From Patescibacteria group bacterium (GTDB lineage: Bacteria > Patescibacteriota > Minisyncoccia > Phycocordibacterales > GCA-2747955): a DNA stretch of 64,000 nucleotides. The DNA lies in assembly GCA_048538215.1 (NCBI GenBank), contig JBLYPV010000001.1, positions 75,495-139,494 on the forward strand, in the 5' to 3' direction. The translations under genes were made by a program, and so were the position numbers. Below, piece by piece: positions 9,560-18,346 of the stretch (within the stretch, counting starts at the first letter, position 1; each line of letters starts with the position of its first letter). The notes under the pieces are model-generated. The model was not told where the DNA came from, did not search any database, and worked only from the letters and a program-made list of their open reading frames with translations.

Positions 9560-9892
9560 ATGGAAAAATTTGCAGTAATTAAGACAGGAGGTAAGCAGTA
9601 TCGGGTACAGGAGGGAGATATGCTCAAGGTAGAGCTACTTGGTGGCATTACTACTGAGCACGAAGCAGGGGAGAAAATGGTATTCGATGAAGTGCTTCTT
9701 ATTGATGATGGATCAAATATTAAGGTGGGGACACCCATTCTCGATGGTGCTCAAGTAGAAGCAGAATTTGTCGATCGAGTGAAAGGCAAGAAGCTTCGTA
9801 TTCAAAAATTTAAATCTAAATCAAATTACGACAAGGTGATAGGCCATCGACAGAAGTTTGACGAAATAAAAATTACTAAAATTGTTGATTAA
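9560..9892 (+). CDS. rplU: 50S ribosomal protein L21
   Basis: MEKFAVIKTGGKQYRVQEGD... canonical L21 N-terminus. Confidence 0.85.
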   Translation: MEKFAVIKTGGKQYRVQEGDMLKVELLGGITTEHEAGEKMVFDEVLLIDDGSNIKVGTPILDGAQVEAEFVDRVKGKKLRIQKFKSKSNYDKVIGHRQKFDEIKITKIVD

Positions 9893-9899
9893 GTATAAT

Positions 9900-9918
9900 C
9901 CCGCCTCAGGCGGGATTT
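9900..9918 (+). terminator. Rho-independent terminator after rplU (CCCGCC-TCA-GGCGGG + ATTT)
   Basis: 6 bp GC stem followed by T-rich tract. Confidence 0.55.
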
Positions 9919-9940
9919 GCTATACTACTCTTTTGTGAAG

Positions 9941-10771
9941 ATGCAAAAGATGCTATTTGAAGAATTGAAACAAGCGCTCTGGGGCTATTATGATACAGGT
10001 AGCCGTAATTTGTCTTGGAGAAAATCAATCACTCCTTATAAAGTGGTAGTGTCTGAGATTATGCTCCAGCAAACGCAAGTTTCGCGTGTGGAGCAGTACT
10101 TTGCTAAATGGATGCGAGATTTTCCCTCATGGAAAGCTTTGGCGGGGGCGAGTCGTAAAGATGTGCTTGGGCACTGGCAAGGCTTGGGCTATAATCGGCG
10201 TGCTCTTTATCTACATCGCACTGCTTGTATTGTGAGCAATCAGTATGGAGGCCGACTACCACGAGAAAGTAGTGAGCTTGTGGCCTTGCCTGGAATTGGA
10301 CCCTATACCTCTGGGGCGATCCGTGCTTTTGCCTTTAATATTCTTGATATTTTTTTAGAGACAAATATTCGTACTGTTTTGATACATCATTTTTTTGAAG
10401 CTGAGGCAGATCAAAAAATAGAGGAGAAAACATTGCTGACTATATTGCAGTCATATATTGAGTATGATGTACGAGCAAGAGAGGATCCTAGAGAGTTTTA
10501 CTATGCGCTTATGGATTATGGAGCTTATTTGAAAAAAGAAGTAGGAAATTTGAATATAAAATCTGCAAGGTATAATAAACAATCTCGTTTTGAAGGATCA
10601 CGCAGGCAATTGCGTGCTGGTATTTTACGCTATATTCTTGAGAATGGGCCTGTGTTAGAAACGAAGATTGTTTTTCAATCCAAGCGTACTAAAGAAGAAG
10701 TAGGTGAGCTATTACGTGAGCTAGAAAAGGAGGGGAGTGTGAGTAAGACGAAACAAGGTTATAAGGTATAG
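9941..10771 (+). CDS. HhH-GPD superfamily DNA glycosylase, MutY/EndoIII-like
   Basis: SEIMLQQTQVSRVEQYF... GLGYNRRALYL... LPGIGPYTSGAI helix-hairpin-helix/GPD motifs; no obvious 4-Cys cluster. Confidence 0.6.
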   Translation: MQKMLFEELKQALWGYYDTGSRNLSWRKSITPYKVVVSEIMLQQTQVSRVEQYFAKWMRDFPSWKALAGASRKDVLGHWQGLGYNRRALYLHRTACIVSNQYGGRLPRESSELVALPGIGPYTSGAIRAFAFNILDIFLETNIRTVLIHHFFEAEADQKIEEKTLLTILQSYIEYDVRAREDPREFYYALMDYGAYLKKEVGNLNIKSARYNKQSRFEGSRRQLRAGILRYILENGPVLETKIVFQSKRTKEEVGELLRELEKEGSVSKTKQGYKV

Positions 10772-10812
10772 TAAATGCAAAAAATAAAAAATATGGTATT
10801 CTAGCAAAACAC

Positions 10813-10899
10813 GGAGAGTTGCCAGAGTGGTCGAATGGGGCACCCTGCTAAGGTGTTAGGGGCGCAAGCCTCTCGAGGGTTCGAATCCCTCACTCTCCG
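10813..10899 (+). tRNA. tRNA-Ser (anticodon GCT), type II with long variable arm
   Basis: Acceptor GGAGAGT/ACTCTCC, anticodon loop CTGCTAA, T-loop GGTTCGAATCC. Confidence 0.85.
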
Positions 10900-11042
10900 C
10901 AAAATTAAAATTTAAGAGTTTTCAGGGGATGTATGTACACGTGGTGTATCAATCGGCAAAATCCTACGGATTTTACTTGTACAATGCTTGAACTCTACAC
11001 AAGACACTGTTAAAAAATTTCTCGCCCTTTGATGCAAAAATA

Positions 11043-12539
11043 TCAACGATGACGATAGGCAGTGCCAGCGTGTAGAGGGCCGTCTAGCAAATCACTAATA
11101 GTGACGAAAGTAAATCCTTGTTTTTTCAATTCCCTAATCACCTCAGGGATTGCCATTACAGTGGATTGATGAATATCATGGGCCAGGATGATCGCACCAC
11201 TTTGTGGGCTTGTCATTCTCCTGACAAGCTCAGCGTAGGGTGGCTTTTTCCAGTCTTCAGGATCTACGCTCCACAAGATGATAGGGCGGTCAATATGGGA
11301 AAGCACCTCGTCATTAAATGCACCATATGGCGGGCGAAGATAGAGTGGCTTTATGCCGGCTATGCTGTACAAAAGATCATCCGTTTTTCCTAATTCTTCA
11401 TCAATCTGGTCTCCCGCAAGGCTACGTAAATCTCTATGGCTCCAAGTGTGATTACCCAGCTCGTGCCCATCTTGTACTATGCGAAGAATAGTATCGGGCT
11501 GAATTTTAGCCGACCGCCCCAAGACAAAAAATGTGGCTGGCACATCATATTCCTTTAGGGTGTCTAATAGAGTATTGGTATAAATTGATGGGCCATCATC
11601 AAAGCTAAGGGCTACACACCTTGTTGCTCCACAATCCACCTCACTGTTGCTCGATTCTGGATAGATAGGCGGTATTACTGTGGTAGGGGGAAGGGGCTTG
11701 CTAATAGAAAATAGCTCTCGTAGTTTGGGTGTAATAATATCAGCAATATCTTCGATTGGTATTCGTATCTCAACAATACCATCCGACCCCGGGCCTACTT
11801 GATATTTATCAAAATAAATTATCAAGCTAGCACTCTCATCTACTACTAGCGTGTCAAAATTTTTTGCATTTGGGGCAGTCCCTACATCAATCGCTTGTTT
11901 TCTACTAATAATAAATTCAGAGATTGCTTGTTCTGACCCGTCGAGATTTTTGGCAGTTTCTTCTGCTCGTTTATATAATATATCTCGAGAAATCTTTGAT
12001 AATCTTTTTAGATAATCTTCATCAGTAAACAAAGATGCAAGAGGGATCTCTGTGCCAGTTTGTCGATTGAATATCTTGCTAGAGGTAATACCCATACCAG
12101 TACCACCAGTATCCAAATAGCGGTCAAAGACAAATGATATATAAGTTTCATCTGCAAATGATACATCAAAGTGTTGGGTGTAGTGAGTAATAGTGGTATA
12201 GGATTCCATACCAGTCTCCGCAAGATATTTCTGATATGCCTCTTCTTGGTCGGCAGCTGTTTGATAAAATAAATCAATAAATTCTTGTGAAAAATTTTCT
12301 ACTATATGATTGACAGCCTCATTTTCTGTTACTGGATAGGCCACATTTAATAAAGAACGGCCATCATTATCACGATACTCGATTGTCTTTACATTAATAT
12401 TGTCGTATTTTGATGATTGGATAGTGCTAGTCTCACCTTCTGTACTAGAGGGAGAAACATTTGAAAGGTAGGAACGCAGAGTCCATCCTAATACGGCAGT
12501 AGTAATTACGAGTACAATGATTGTTAGAATTTGTTTCAT
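11043..12539 (-). CDS. Membrane-anchored polysaccharide deacetylase (NodB domain), PdaC-like
   Basis: C-terminal NodB motifs FDDGP, HTWSH, LRPPYG, ILAHD; N-terminal TM plus about 280 aa extracellular region. Confidence 0.7.
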   Translation of the reverse strand: MKQILTIIVLVITTAVLGWTLRSYLSNVSPSSTEGETSTIQSSKYDNINVKTIEYRDNDGRSLLNVAYPVTENEAVNHIVENFSQEFIDLFYQTAADQEEAYQKYLAETGMESYTTITHYTQHFDVSFADETYISFVFDRYLDTGGTGMGITSSKIFNRQTGTEIPLASLFTDEDYLKRLSKISRDILYKRAEETAKNLDGSEQAISEFIISRKQAIDVGTAPNAKNFDTLVVDESASLIIYFDKYQVGPGSDGIVEIRIPIEDIADIITPKLRELFSISKPLPPTTVIPPIYPESSNSEVDCGATRCVALSFDDGPSIYTNTLLDTLKEYDVPATFFVLGRSAKIQPDTILRIVQDGHELGNHTWSHRDLRSLAGDQIDEELGKTDDLLYSIAGIKPLYLRPPYGAFNDEVLSHIDRPIILWSVDPEDWKKPPYAELVRRMTSPQSGAIILAHDIHQSTVMAIPEVIRELKKQGFTFVTISDLLDGPLHAGTAYRHR

Positions 12540-12649
12540 ATCAATATACTATAACGCAAATTGTTCTAAAAGAATACAAAAATATACATAGATCATTAAT
12601 AGTATTTTGCCTACTTTCAATGCTATGGGGATAGAGATAGAGGAGAGGG

Positions 12650-12658
12650 TGGTATAAT
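12650..12658 (+). promoter_or_regulatory. Extended -10 (TGGTATAAT) 8 nt upstream of rpiB ATG: candidate leaderless promoter
   Basis: TGnTATAAT at 12650..12658; ATG at 12666. Confidence 0.5.
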
Positions 12659-12665
12659 ATTTATT

Positions 12666-13187
12666 ATGAATAAAGGAAAGCTATACTTAGCTGCAGATCA
12701 TGCAGGGTTTGAGTATAAAAATATTTTGCACAAATATTTTGAGGATGTAGGATTAGATCATTACGAAGTGATAGATTTAGGAGCTTTTGTTTATAATGAG
12801 AGCGATGATTATCCAGACATTATTGCACGAGCTGGCCTTCTAGTATCAGCCAATCCTACTAGAGACAAGGCAATTATTTTTGGTGGCTCTGGGCAGGGTG
12901 AGGCGATAGTCGCCAATAAATTTGCTGGGGTACGCGCAGTAGTATACTATGGCTACAATCATGAAATTATTGCCCTCTCACGTGAGCATAATGATGCCAA
13001 TGTGCTCTCTATCGGCGCTCGATTCGTAAATGATAAGGAGATGGTCGAGGCAGCCAATCAATGGCTTGGTACTCCATTTTCAGACGAAAAGCGACACAAG
13101 CGAAGAATTGATCGTATCACTACTATAGAGAAAAATCGCGCTTGGAGATTCTTAGAGCGGATACTTAATCGTACTCCTAATAAATAA
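12666..13187 (+). CDS. rpiB: Ribose-5-phosphate isomerase B
   Basis: LYLAADHAGFEYKN... GGSGQGEAIVANK RpiB/LacAB motifs. Confidence 0.85.
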   Translation: MNKGKLYLAADHAGFEYKNILHKYFEDVGLDHYEVIDLGAFVYNESDDYPDIIARAGLLVSANPTRDKAIIFGGSGQGEAIVANKFAGVRAVVYYGYNHEIIALSREHNDANVLSIGARFVNDKEMVEAANQWLGTPFSDEKRHKRRIDRITTIEKNRAWRFLERILNRTPNK

Positions 13188-13192
13188 ATCGT

Positions 13193-14260
13193 ATGATAGA
13201 AATATCCCTCATTAAAGTTGTCTTATCTTGGTTGGTATCTTTTTTGATAGGATTTTTGATTACTCCCTATGTTATCAAGGTACTCACGCGCTTTCGTTGT
13301 TGGAAAAAGCGTTCTGGCAATACTCACTCTATGGGGAGCAATGGAGGCACACCTATATTCAACAAGCTACACGCTGATCGTGATACCAGGGTACCGCGTA
13401 TGGGAGGTATTGTAATCGTAATATCAGTATTGGCTACCACATCGATTTTTTGGGCAATAGGCTTCATCATCAGTGGTGGGCCATCAGGCGGTGATTTTGA
13501 TTTTCTTTCACGCACGCAGACCTGGCTTCCTCTAGCCGCCTTTGTGGCAGGGGCACTGATTGGATTTATTGATGATCTGCTCACCATTGGAGCAAGTAGA
13601 CGCTTCCCAAGCCTACAAGGGCTAGCACTTCGGTATAGGATTATTTTATCTACTGCTTTTGCCATACTCTCTGCCTATTGGTTTTATGTCAAGCTGGGTA
13701 TTGATAGTGTATTTGTGCCATGGTATGGAGATTTTGTGATGGGCTGGTGGTTTGTACCATTTTTTATCCTTGCTTTTATTGCAATTTTTGCCACTTCAAA
13801 TATCGACGGCTTAGATGGCTTGGCAGGTGGGGTAATGGCAATTATTTTTACCGCGATGGGAATTATCGCCTATTTCCAAAATCAGATAGATATCGCTGCT
13901 TTTTGCTTCGCAATAGTGGGGGGGACTCTTGCTTTTTTATGGTTTAATATCCCCCCTGCTCGATTTTATATGACAGAAGTGGGCTACAATGCTCTCTCTT
14001 TCTCGCTTGCTATTGTGGCATTTGCCACCGATACCATTTTAATCTTACCAGTATTGGCAGTGGTGCTCTTTATGACAGAAATTACTACAATATTACAAGT
14101 ATTATCCAAAAAAATCAGAGGTAAAAAAATATTTCGAGTAGCACCTATTCATCATCACTTCGAGGCTATTGGCTGGCCAGCTCATCAGGTAGTAATGCGA
14201 TATTGGATTGTTTCATTGATCGGAGCGGTGCTAGGGGTGATGCTCGCCTTCACAGCGTAG
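13193..14260 (+). CDS. mraY: Phospho-N-acetylmuramoyl-pentapeptide transferase
   Basis: NIDGLDGLAGG and PIHHHFE...GW motifs of MraY; 10 TM topology. Confidence 0.8.
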   Translation: MIEISLIKVVLSWLVSFLIGFLITPYVIKVLTRFRCWKKRSGNTHSMGSNGGTPIFNKLHADRDTRVPRMGGIVIVISVLATTSIFWAIGFIISGGPSGGDFDFLSRTQTWLPLAAFVAGALIGFIDDLLTIGASRRFPSLQGLALRYRIILSTAFAILSAYWFYVKLGIDSVFVPWYGDFVMGWWFVPFFILAFIAIFATSNIDGLDGLAGGVMAIIFTAMGIIAYFQNQIDIAAFCFAIVGGTLAFLWFNIPPARFYMTEVGYNALSFSLAIVAFATDTILILPVLAVVLFMTEITTILQVLSKKIRGKKIFRVAPIHHHFEAIGWPAHQVVMRYWIVSLIGAVLGVMLAFTA

Positions 14261-14294
14261 TTTGTTTTATATTATATGTATGGTATAAGTATAT

Positions 14295-14846
14295 TTGAAT
14301 GGAAAGGAGGTGATTGAAATGGATGGTACGAGCTACCTGATTAGCAGGGCTCAATTCGAGGAAATTACAAAGGAGTGGCACTATGGAGATCCACTTCCCC
14401 AAAAGCTACATCCAAGTATTTTTCGCCCCAATCGTGATGCCCACCCCTATTGGTTTGAGCCGGGAAAGGCTGCAGATCTTCGTGGGGCATACCACGAAGA
14501 GCGCCTCAAATATTTGATCGAGCTCGGCAAAGAAGAGGGGGAGCATGATTGGATCAGAGCAGTACGACTGAGCCCTGCCTATAGTGTTCGTGATAGGCGA
14601 GGGATTGATCTCACTCTGGATACTTGCTTTGGCAAGGTGCATGTCCAGGTAAAGAGTAGTCTTAGGGGGATGTGGAAATTTCTCAGCTATACCCCTAAAT
14701 TTTCGTCGAAGAAAGTTATTCCCTGCGTAGTCGTGCACACAGATATGACAGATGAAGAAATTCTCTATCAGTTTGTGCAAAAAGTGCGTCCATTTCTCCT
14801 GAAGAAGAAGCGTGAGAAAGAAGTATGGGATAGAGAGCACAAGTAG
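14295..14846 (+). CDS. Hypothetical protein, GC-rich ORFan; possible PD-(D/E)xK-like motif (GIDLTLD...VQVK)
   Basis: 183 aa; GC content visibly above flanking genes; weak D...QxK nuclease-like pattern only. Confidence 0.35.
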   Translation: MNGKEVIEMDGTSYLISRAQFEEITKEWHYGDPLPQKLHPSIFRPNRDAHPYWFEPGKAADLRGAYHEERLKYLIELGKEEGEHDWIRAVRLSPAYSVRDRRGIDLTLDTCFGKVHVQVKSSLRGMWKFLSYTPKFSSKKVIPCVVVHTDMTDEEILYQFVQKVRPFLLKKKREKEVWDREHK

Positions 14847-14865
14847 GACGCTCTATGCGGGCGTC

Positions 14866-16044
14866 CTACAGTGCCAAATTGCCGTCTACTCGAGTAATAC
14901 TACTCGGGTATTTTTTATGTATAAATCGTTGGTAGCCCGCCAGATTAATCATCAAAGCATTATCCCCTGAGAGAGAAAGATCGGGTAAATAGAGAGAAAT
15001 AGAATATTCATCAGCGAGTGTTTGAAATTGCTCTCGTAAATAGGCATTAGCCGATACCCCACCACCTACAATTAGATTTTGTACGTCATATGCCCCAATT
15101 GCTTGCCGAGTTTTATGTATCAATACTTCTGCTACTGCTTCTTCAAATTCAAGCGCGAGTTCTTGTTTGAATTTTTTTGATATACGAGCGCGTGATTCTA
15201 CAGCTCGACGCACAGCTGTTTTAAGCCCCGAAAAAGAAAAATTATAATCTCCACTGTGTATCATAGGCCGAGGCAGTCCCCACTTGGGAGCTCGGCTCCC
15301 AAGTAATCGAGCTAGATCTGCCTGGCGGGAAATTTCGGGGCCACCAGGGTAGGGGAGCCCAAGTAATCGAGCTGATTTATCAAAAGCTTCACCTACAGCA
15401 TCATCTAGCGTCTCACCAATAATTGTGTATCTATGTTTATCATCGATCCGTACAAGCTCAGTATGTCCACCAGAGATAAGTACCGCCAAGCTCGGATATG
15501 CTATTTGTTTTAGAGCGTAGCTATCATTATTTTTTGATTTTATTTTTTGTATTAAACTTGCGTATATATGCCCTTCCATATGATTCGTAGGAATAAGAGT
15601 GATATCCCAAATATGTGCTAGTGCTCGAGCAGTGTTGAATCCCGTCCAAAGTGCTATCTCGAGTCCAGGGCCGTATGTAACAGCAATGGCTTTAAGTAAG
15701 GGCTTTTTATATTGTTCGGCAAGAGTAATAATTTTTTCAGCAATCTCGGGATCTCTCTCAAGAATTGCGTGTATCGCTTTCTTATCTACAGCACTAAGCT
15801 CTTTTGGCTTTGTCCTAGCTTCAAGCAAGCCAGATTCTTTAAGAGCAGAAAATAAAAGAGGCATTATATTTTTCTGATGCTCTCTGCGTGCCAAGCTTGG
15901 ATATACGCCACCATATTTGCGATGTAGGGCAATTTGCGAATGAGTAAGATGTGAGAGTAGCTCAAACTCATTTTTATTACACCAATCAAGGATGGCAAGA
16001 GATGTTTCATCGCAAGATGTTTCTATCGAAAGTATTTTTGTCAT
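14866..16044 (-). CDS. tsaD: tRNA N6-adenosine threonylcarbamoyltransferase
   Basis: MTKILSIETSCDETS..., GLPYPGGP, SFSGLKTAV motifs of Kae1/TsaD; carries a palindromic repeat insertion. Confidence 0.85.
   Translation of the reverse strand: MTKILSIETSCDETSLAILDWCNKNEFELLSHLTHSQIALHRKYGGVYPSLARREHQKNIMPLLFSALKESGLLEARTKPKELSAVDKKAIHAILERDPEIAEKIITLAEQYKKPLLKAIAVTYGPGLEIALWTGFNTARALAHIWDITLIPTNHMEGHIYASLIQKIKSKNNDSYALKQIAYPSLAVLISGGHTELVRIDDKHRYTIIGETLDDAVGEAFDKSARLLGLPYPGGPEISRQADLARLLGSRAPKWGLPRPMIHSGDYNFSFSGLKTAVRRAVESRARISKKFKQELALEFEEAVAEVLIHKTRQAIGAYDVQNLIVGGGVSANAYLREQFQTLADEYSISLYLPDLSLSGDNALMINLAGYQRFIHKKYPSSITRVDGNLAL
15279..15304. repeat. Palindromic repeat copy inside tsaD (in-frame, encodes LGSRAPKWG)
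   Basis: CCACTTGGGAGCTCGGCTCCCAAGT; flanked by a 16 nt direct repeat CCCAAGTAATCGAGCT at 15298..15313 and 15358..15373. Confidence 0.85.
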
Positions 16045-16045
16045 A

Positions 16046-16624
16046 CTATTGATTCATTAGCTCGCGCCATTTTTTACGAGTTACAGAGCGATAGCTCTCG
16101 TTACCTCCTATCAAATTTTGAGGGCCGTCTTGGGCCACTTTTCCATCTTCATCGAATCGGAGTACCATGGTAGCTTTTTTCCCCGATTCATCAATCGTAC
16201 GAATTTCTCTAAGATCGTCAGCAATTGCTAAAAGCGCTTGCGATCCAGGGAAAAGCTCGCCTCGAAAATCAGTACGAAGCCCATAGGCCATTACAGGAAT
16301 ATCTAAGTCATCCACCACTTGCGCTACTTGCCACACCTGTTCTTTGCTAAGAAATTGAGCTTCATCTATCAAAACGCAATCAATGGCTTGCACGCTATGC
16401 TTATTTTGTATTTTTTCAAATAAATTTTCTTGTGGCGTAAATACATCACATTTTTTAGACACACCAATCCGCGAGCTAATCACATCACTACCATCTCGAT
16501 TATCGAGAGCTGGCTTGAGTAAATAAGGATGCATTTTTCGCTCCAAATAATTATGTGCGACCTGCAGGAGCATGGTACTTTTACCTGCATTCATTGCTGA
16601 GTAATGAAAATAGAGCTTTGCCAT
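16046..16624 (-). CDS. tdk: Thymidine kinase
   Basis: SAMNAGKSTMLL P-loop, DEAQF, C-terminal zinc-ribbon-like region. Confidence 0.85.
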   Translation of the reverse strand: MAKLYFHYSAMNAGKSTMLLQVAHNYLERKMHPYLLKPALDNRDGSDVISSRIGVSKKCDVFTPQENLFEKIQNKHSVQAIDCVLIDEAQFLSKEQVWQVAQVVDDLDIPVMAYGLRTDFRGELFPGSQALLAIADDLREIRTIDESGKKATMVLRFDEDGKVAQDGPQNLIGGNESYRSVTRKKWRELMNQ

Positions 16625-16688
16625 AAAGTCTATTTTAGCATATTATCTCTTGCCTCATATGCTGGGATTGGTATACTAGCTTTTACTT

Positions 16689-16765
16689 GGGTGATTAGCT
16701 CAGTTGGCTAGAGCGCCTCATTGACGTTGAGGAGGTCACAGGTTCAAATCCTGTATCGCCCACCA
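16689..16765 (+). tRNA. tRNA-Val (anticodon GAC), CCA encoded
   Basis: GGGTGATTAGCTCAGTTGG..., anticodon loop TTGACGT, T-loop GGTTCAAATCC. Confidence 0.85.
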
Positions 16766-16944
16766 GTATAGAAATTTCGGGTTCAAAACCAACTTTGTCA
16801 TGAGCGGTACTTCGTGCCGCCCGAGCACGCGGCGCGTGGCAGGTGTTCCGTTTGAAATGAGTTCGAGCTTGGTACAATAGAGACACCCATACACAAGCGA
16901 AAGTTACTTTTGCTTTTTATCTTAGTTTTAAAGAGTCTGTAGTG

Positions 16945-17017
16945 AGCCACCGGCGAGATTCGAACTCACGACCTCTATATTACGAATATATTGCTCTACC
17001 AACTGAGCTACGGTGGC
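16945..17017 (-). tRNA. tRNA-Thr (anticodon CGT)
   Basis: Reverse complement GCCACCGTAGCTCAGTTGGTAGAGC...TTCGTAA...GAGTTCGAATCTC...CGGTGGC. Confidence 0.8.
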
Positions 17018-17080
17018 ATTGAACTATGCTCTAGAATAATATCACACACTTATTTTTATAACATACATATTTTATAAATA

Positions 17081-17089
17081 TGGCATAAT
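17081..17089 (+). promoter_or_regulatory. Extended -10 TGGCATAAT 9 nt upstream of the HIT gene ATG
   Basis: Sequence position relative to ATG 17098. Confidence 0.45.
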
Positions 17090-17097
17090 ACAAGCAT

Positions 17098-17511
17098 ATG
17101 AGAGAACAAACAATTTTTGAAAAAATTATTAATCGCGAATTGCCTGCTGACATTATATACGAAGATGAGGAGCACTTGGTAATTCTTGATATTAATCCTT
17201 TTGAAAAAGGGCATATTCTAGTTATTCCCAAGCACCACTATGAAACGATTATGGATATGAGCGAAGAAGCATATCTGCAATTACAATCGTTAGTCCATCG
17301 CTTTGCGCTACGAATGCACCAGAGCTTTGGTGGGGGTATTAATGTGGTACAAAACAATTATCCAGAGGCACATCAAGTGGTCCCTCATGTGCATGTTCAT
17401 CTTATCCCGCGTACCGAAGACAAGCCGATGTATCATAGTGAGCTTCATACAGGAGGCTATGAATCAGATGAAGAAAAAGAGAGCTTTATCAGCAAGCTAA
17501 AATTGGTATAA
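17098..17511 (+). CDS. HIT-family (histidine triad) nucleotide hydrolase
   Basis: HVHVHLIP histidine triad, ...HILVIPKHH... Confidence 0.8.
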   Translation: MREQTIFEKIINRELPADIIYEDEEHLVILDINPFEKGHILVIPKHHYETIMDMSEEAYLQLQSLVHRFALRMHQSFGGGINVVQNNYPEAHQVVPHVHVHLIPRTEDKPMYHSELHTGGYESDEEKESFISKLKLV

Positions 17512-17909
17512 TGGGCGCTATGAAATTAGCAGAGCAATACGCCCGTACTTTATTGCAAGTAGCAGAGACAAAAGATGCAAAAGATTTTGATAAATTTTTT
17601 GATTTATTTATTGAATATCTGCGAGCACATCATCACGAAAAGCTCATACCACAAATATGCAAAAATGTAGTGCGCTTGAGCAAGTCTCAAGAGGCTTCCA
17701 ATAAAGCTACGATTACGGTGCGAGCCTTAGGAGAAGATAAGAAATTTTCTGATCTGATACATGAGCATCAAGATATGTTTGGCAATGCACCGCAAGTACA
17801 AGTGGATGCACACATTGTTGGGGGAGCTGTTTTGCGCAATCGCACACACCTAGTAGACGCAAGCTACCGCAAGGCCTTACTCGATCTTTATCAAACTCTG
17901 AAAAAATAA
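17511..17909 (+). CDS. atpH: F-type ATP synthase delta subunit (short, 132 aa)
   Basis: C-terminal ...HIVGGAVLRNRTHLVDASYRKALLDL pattern of OSCP/delta; position directly upstream of atpA. Confidence 0.55.
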   Translation: MGAMKLAEQYARTLLQVAETKDAKDFDKFFDLFIEYLRAHHHEKLIPQICKNVVRLSKSQEASNKATITVRALGEDKKFSDLIHEHQDMFGNAPQVQVDAHIVGGAVLRNRTHLVDASYRKALLDLYQTLKK

Positions 17910-17927
17910 TAAGTTTTTAATATAAAA

Positions 17928-17946
17928 ATCCGGGCCCTTAGGCCCA
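17928..17946 (-). terminator. Terminator for the minus-strand small membrane protein gene (GGGCC-TAAG-GGCCC then ATTTTTAT on minus strand)
   Basis: Hairpin plus T-tract only in minus orientation. Confidence 0.5.
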
Positions 17947-17990
17947 GATATGGTGTGCGAATCTTTAGAATAAGCTCCTCGAACGATTTA

Positions 17991-18233
17991 TTACTCGTCG
18001 GGGTCTTTTGTTGTAAGCCACAACGCGAAGAACCCCAAGAGCAAGATAAGGCAGAGGAGCAAGAAGGCAGTAGTCACCAAGGTCCAGAGCCAGATACTCT
18101 CCCACCCAAGGAGCATAGTAAGTAGGGTCTTCATGAGCCACACGAGCCCGATGAAGCCCAAGAGCTTCAAGGCAGGGAAGCAGTCGCGGATCATTCCCTG
18201 GAGCTCGGATTGTTCTTTCGTATGGTAAACCAT
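17991..18233 (-). CDS. Small 2-TM membrane protein (PLDc_N-like), encoded antisense between atpH and atpA
   Basis: 80 aa from MVYHTKEQ with SD AAAGGAGAG 7 nt upstream; hydrophobic WLW...LLLCLILLLGFFALW core; own terminator. Confidence 0.45.
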   Translation of the reverse strand: MVYHTKEQSELQGMIRDCFPALKLLGFIGLVWLMKTLLTMLLGWESIWLWTLVTTAFLLLCLILLLGFFALWLTTKDPDE

Positions 18234-18346
18234 TTTTTCTCTCCTTTCATCCTCACTTGCGCATAAGTGTAGCATAATCATTACACATTTGCTCGTCCTT
18301 TGGTATAATACGCGCGTATTAAACACTAATAATTTAAGAGAGCCCT

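Noticed and set aside
16695-16886. 63 aa minus-strand ORF spanning tRNA-Val and the GC-rich spacer
   Set aside because: Overlaps a bona fide tRNA. Arg/Ala-rich translation is the typical artefact of GC-rich non-coding DNA.
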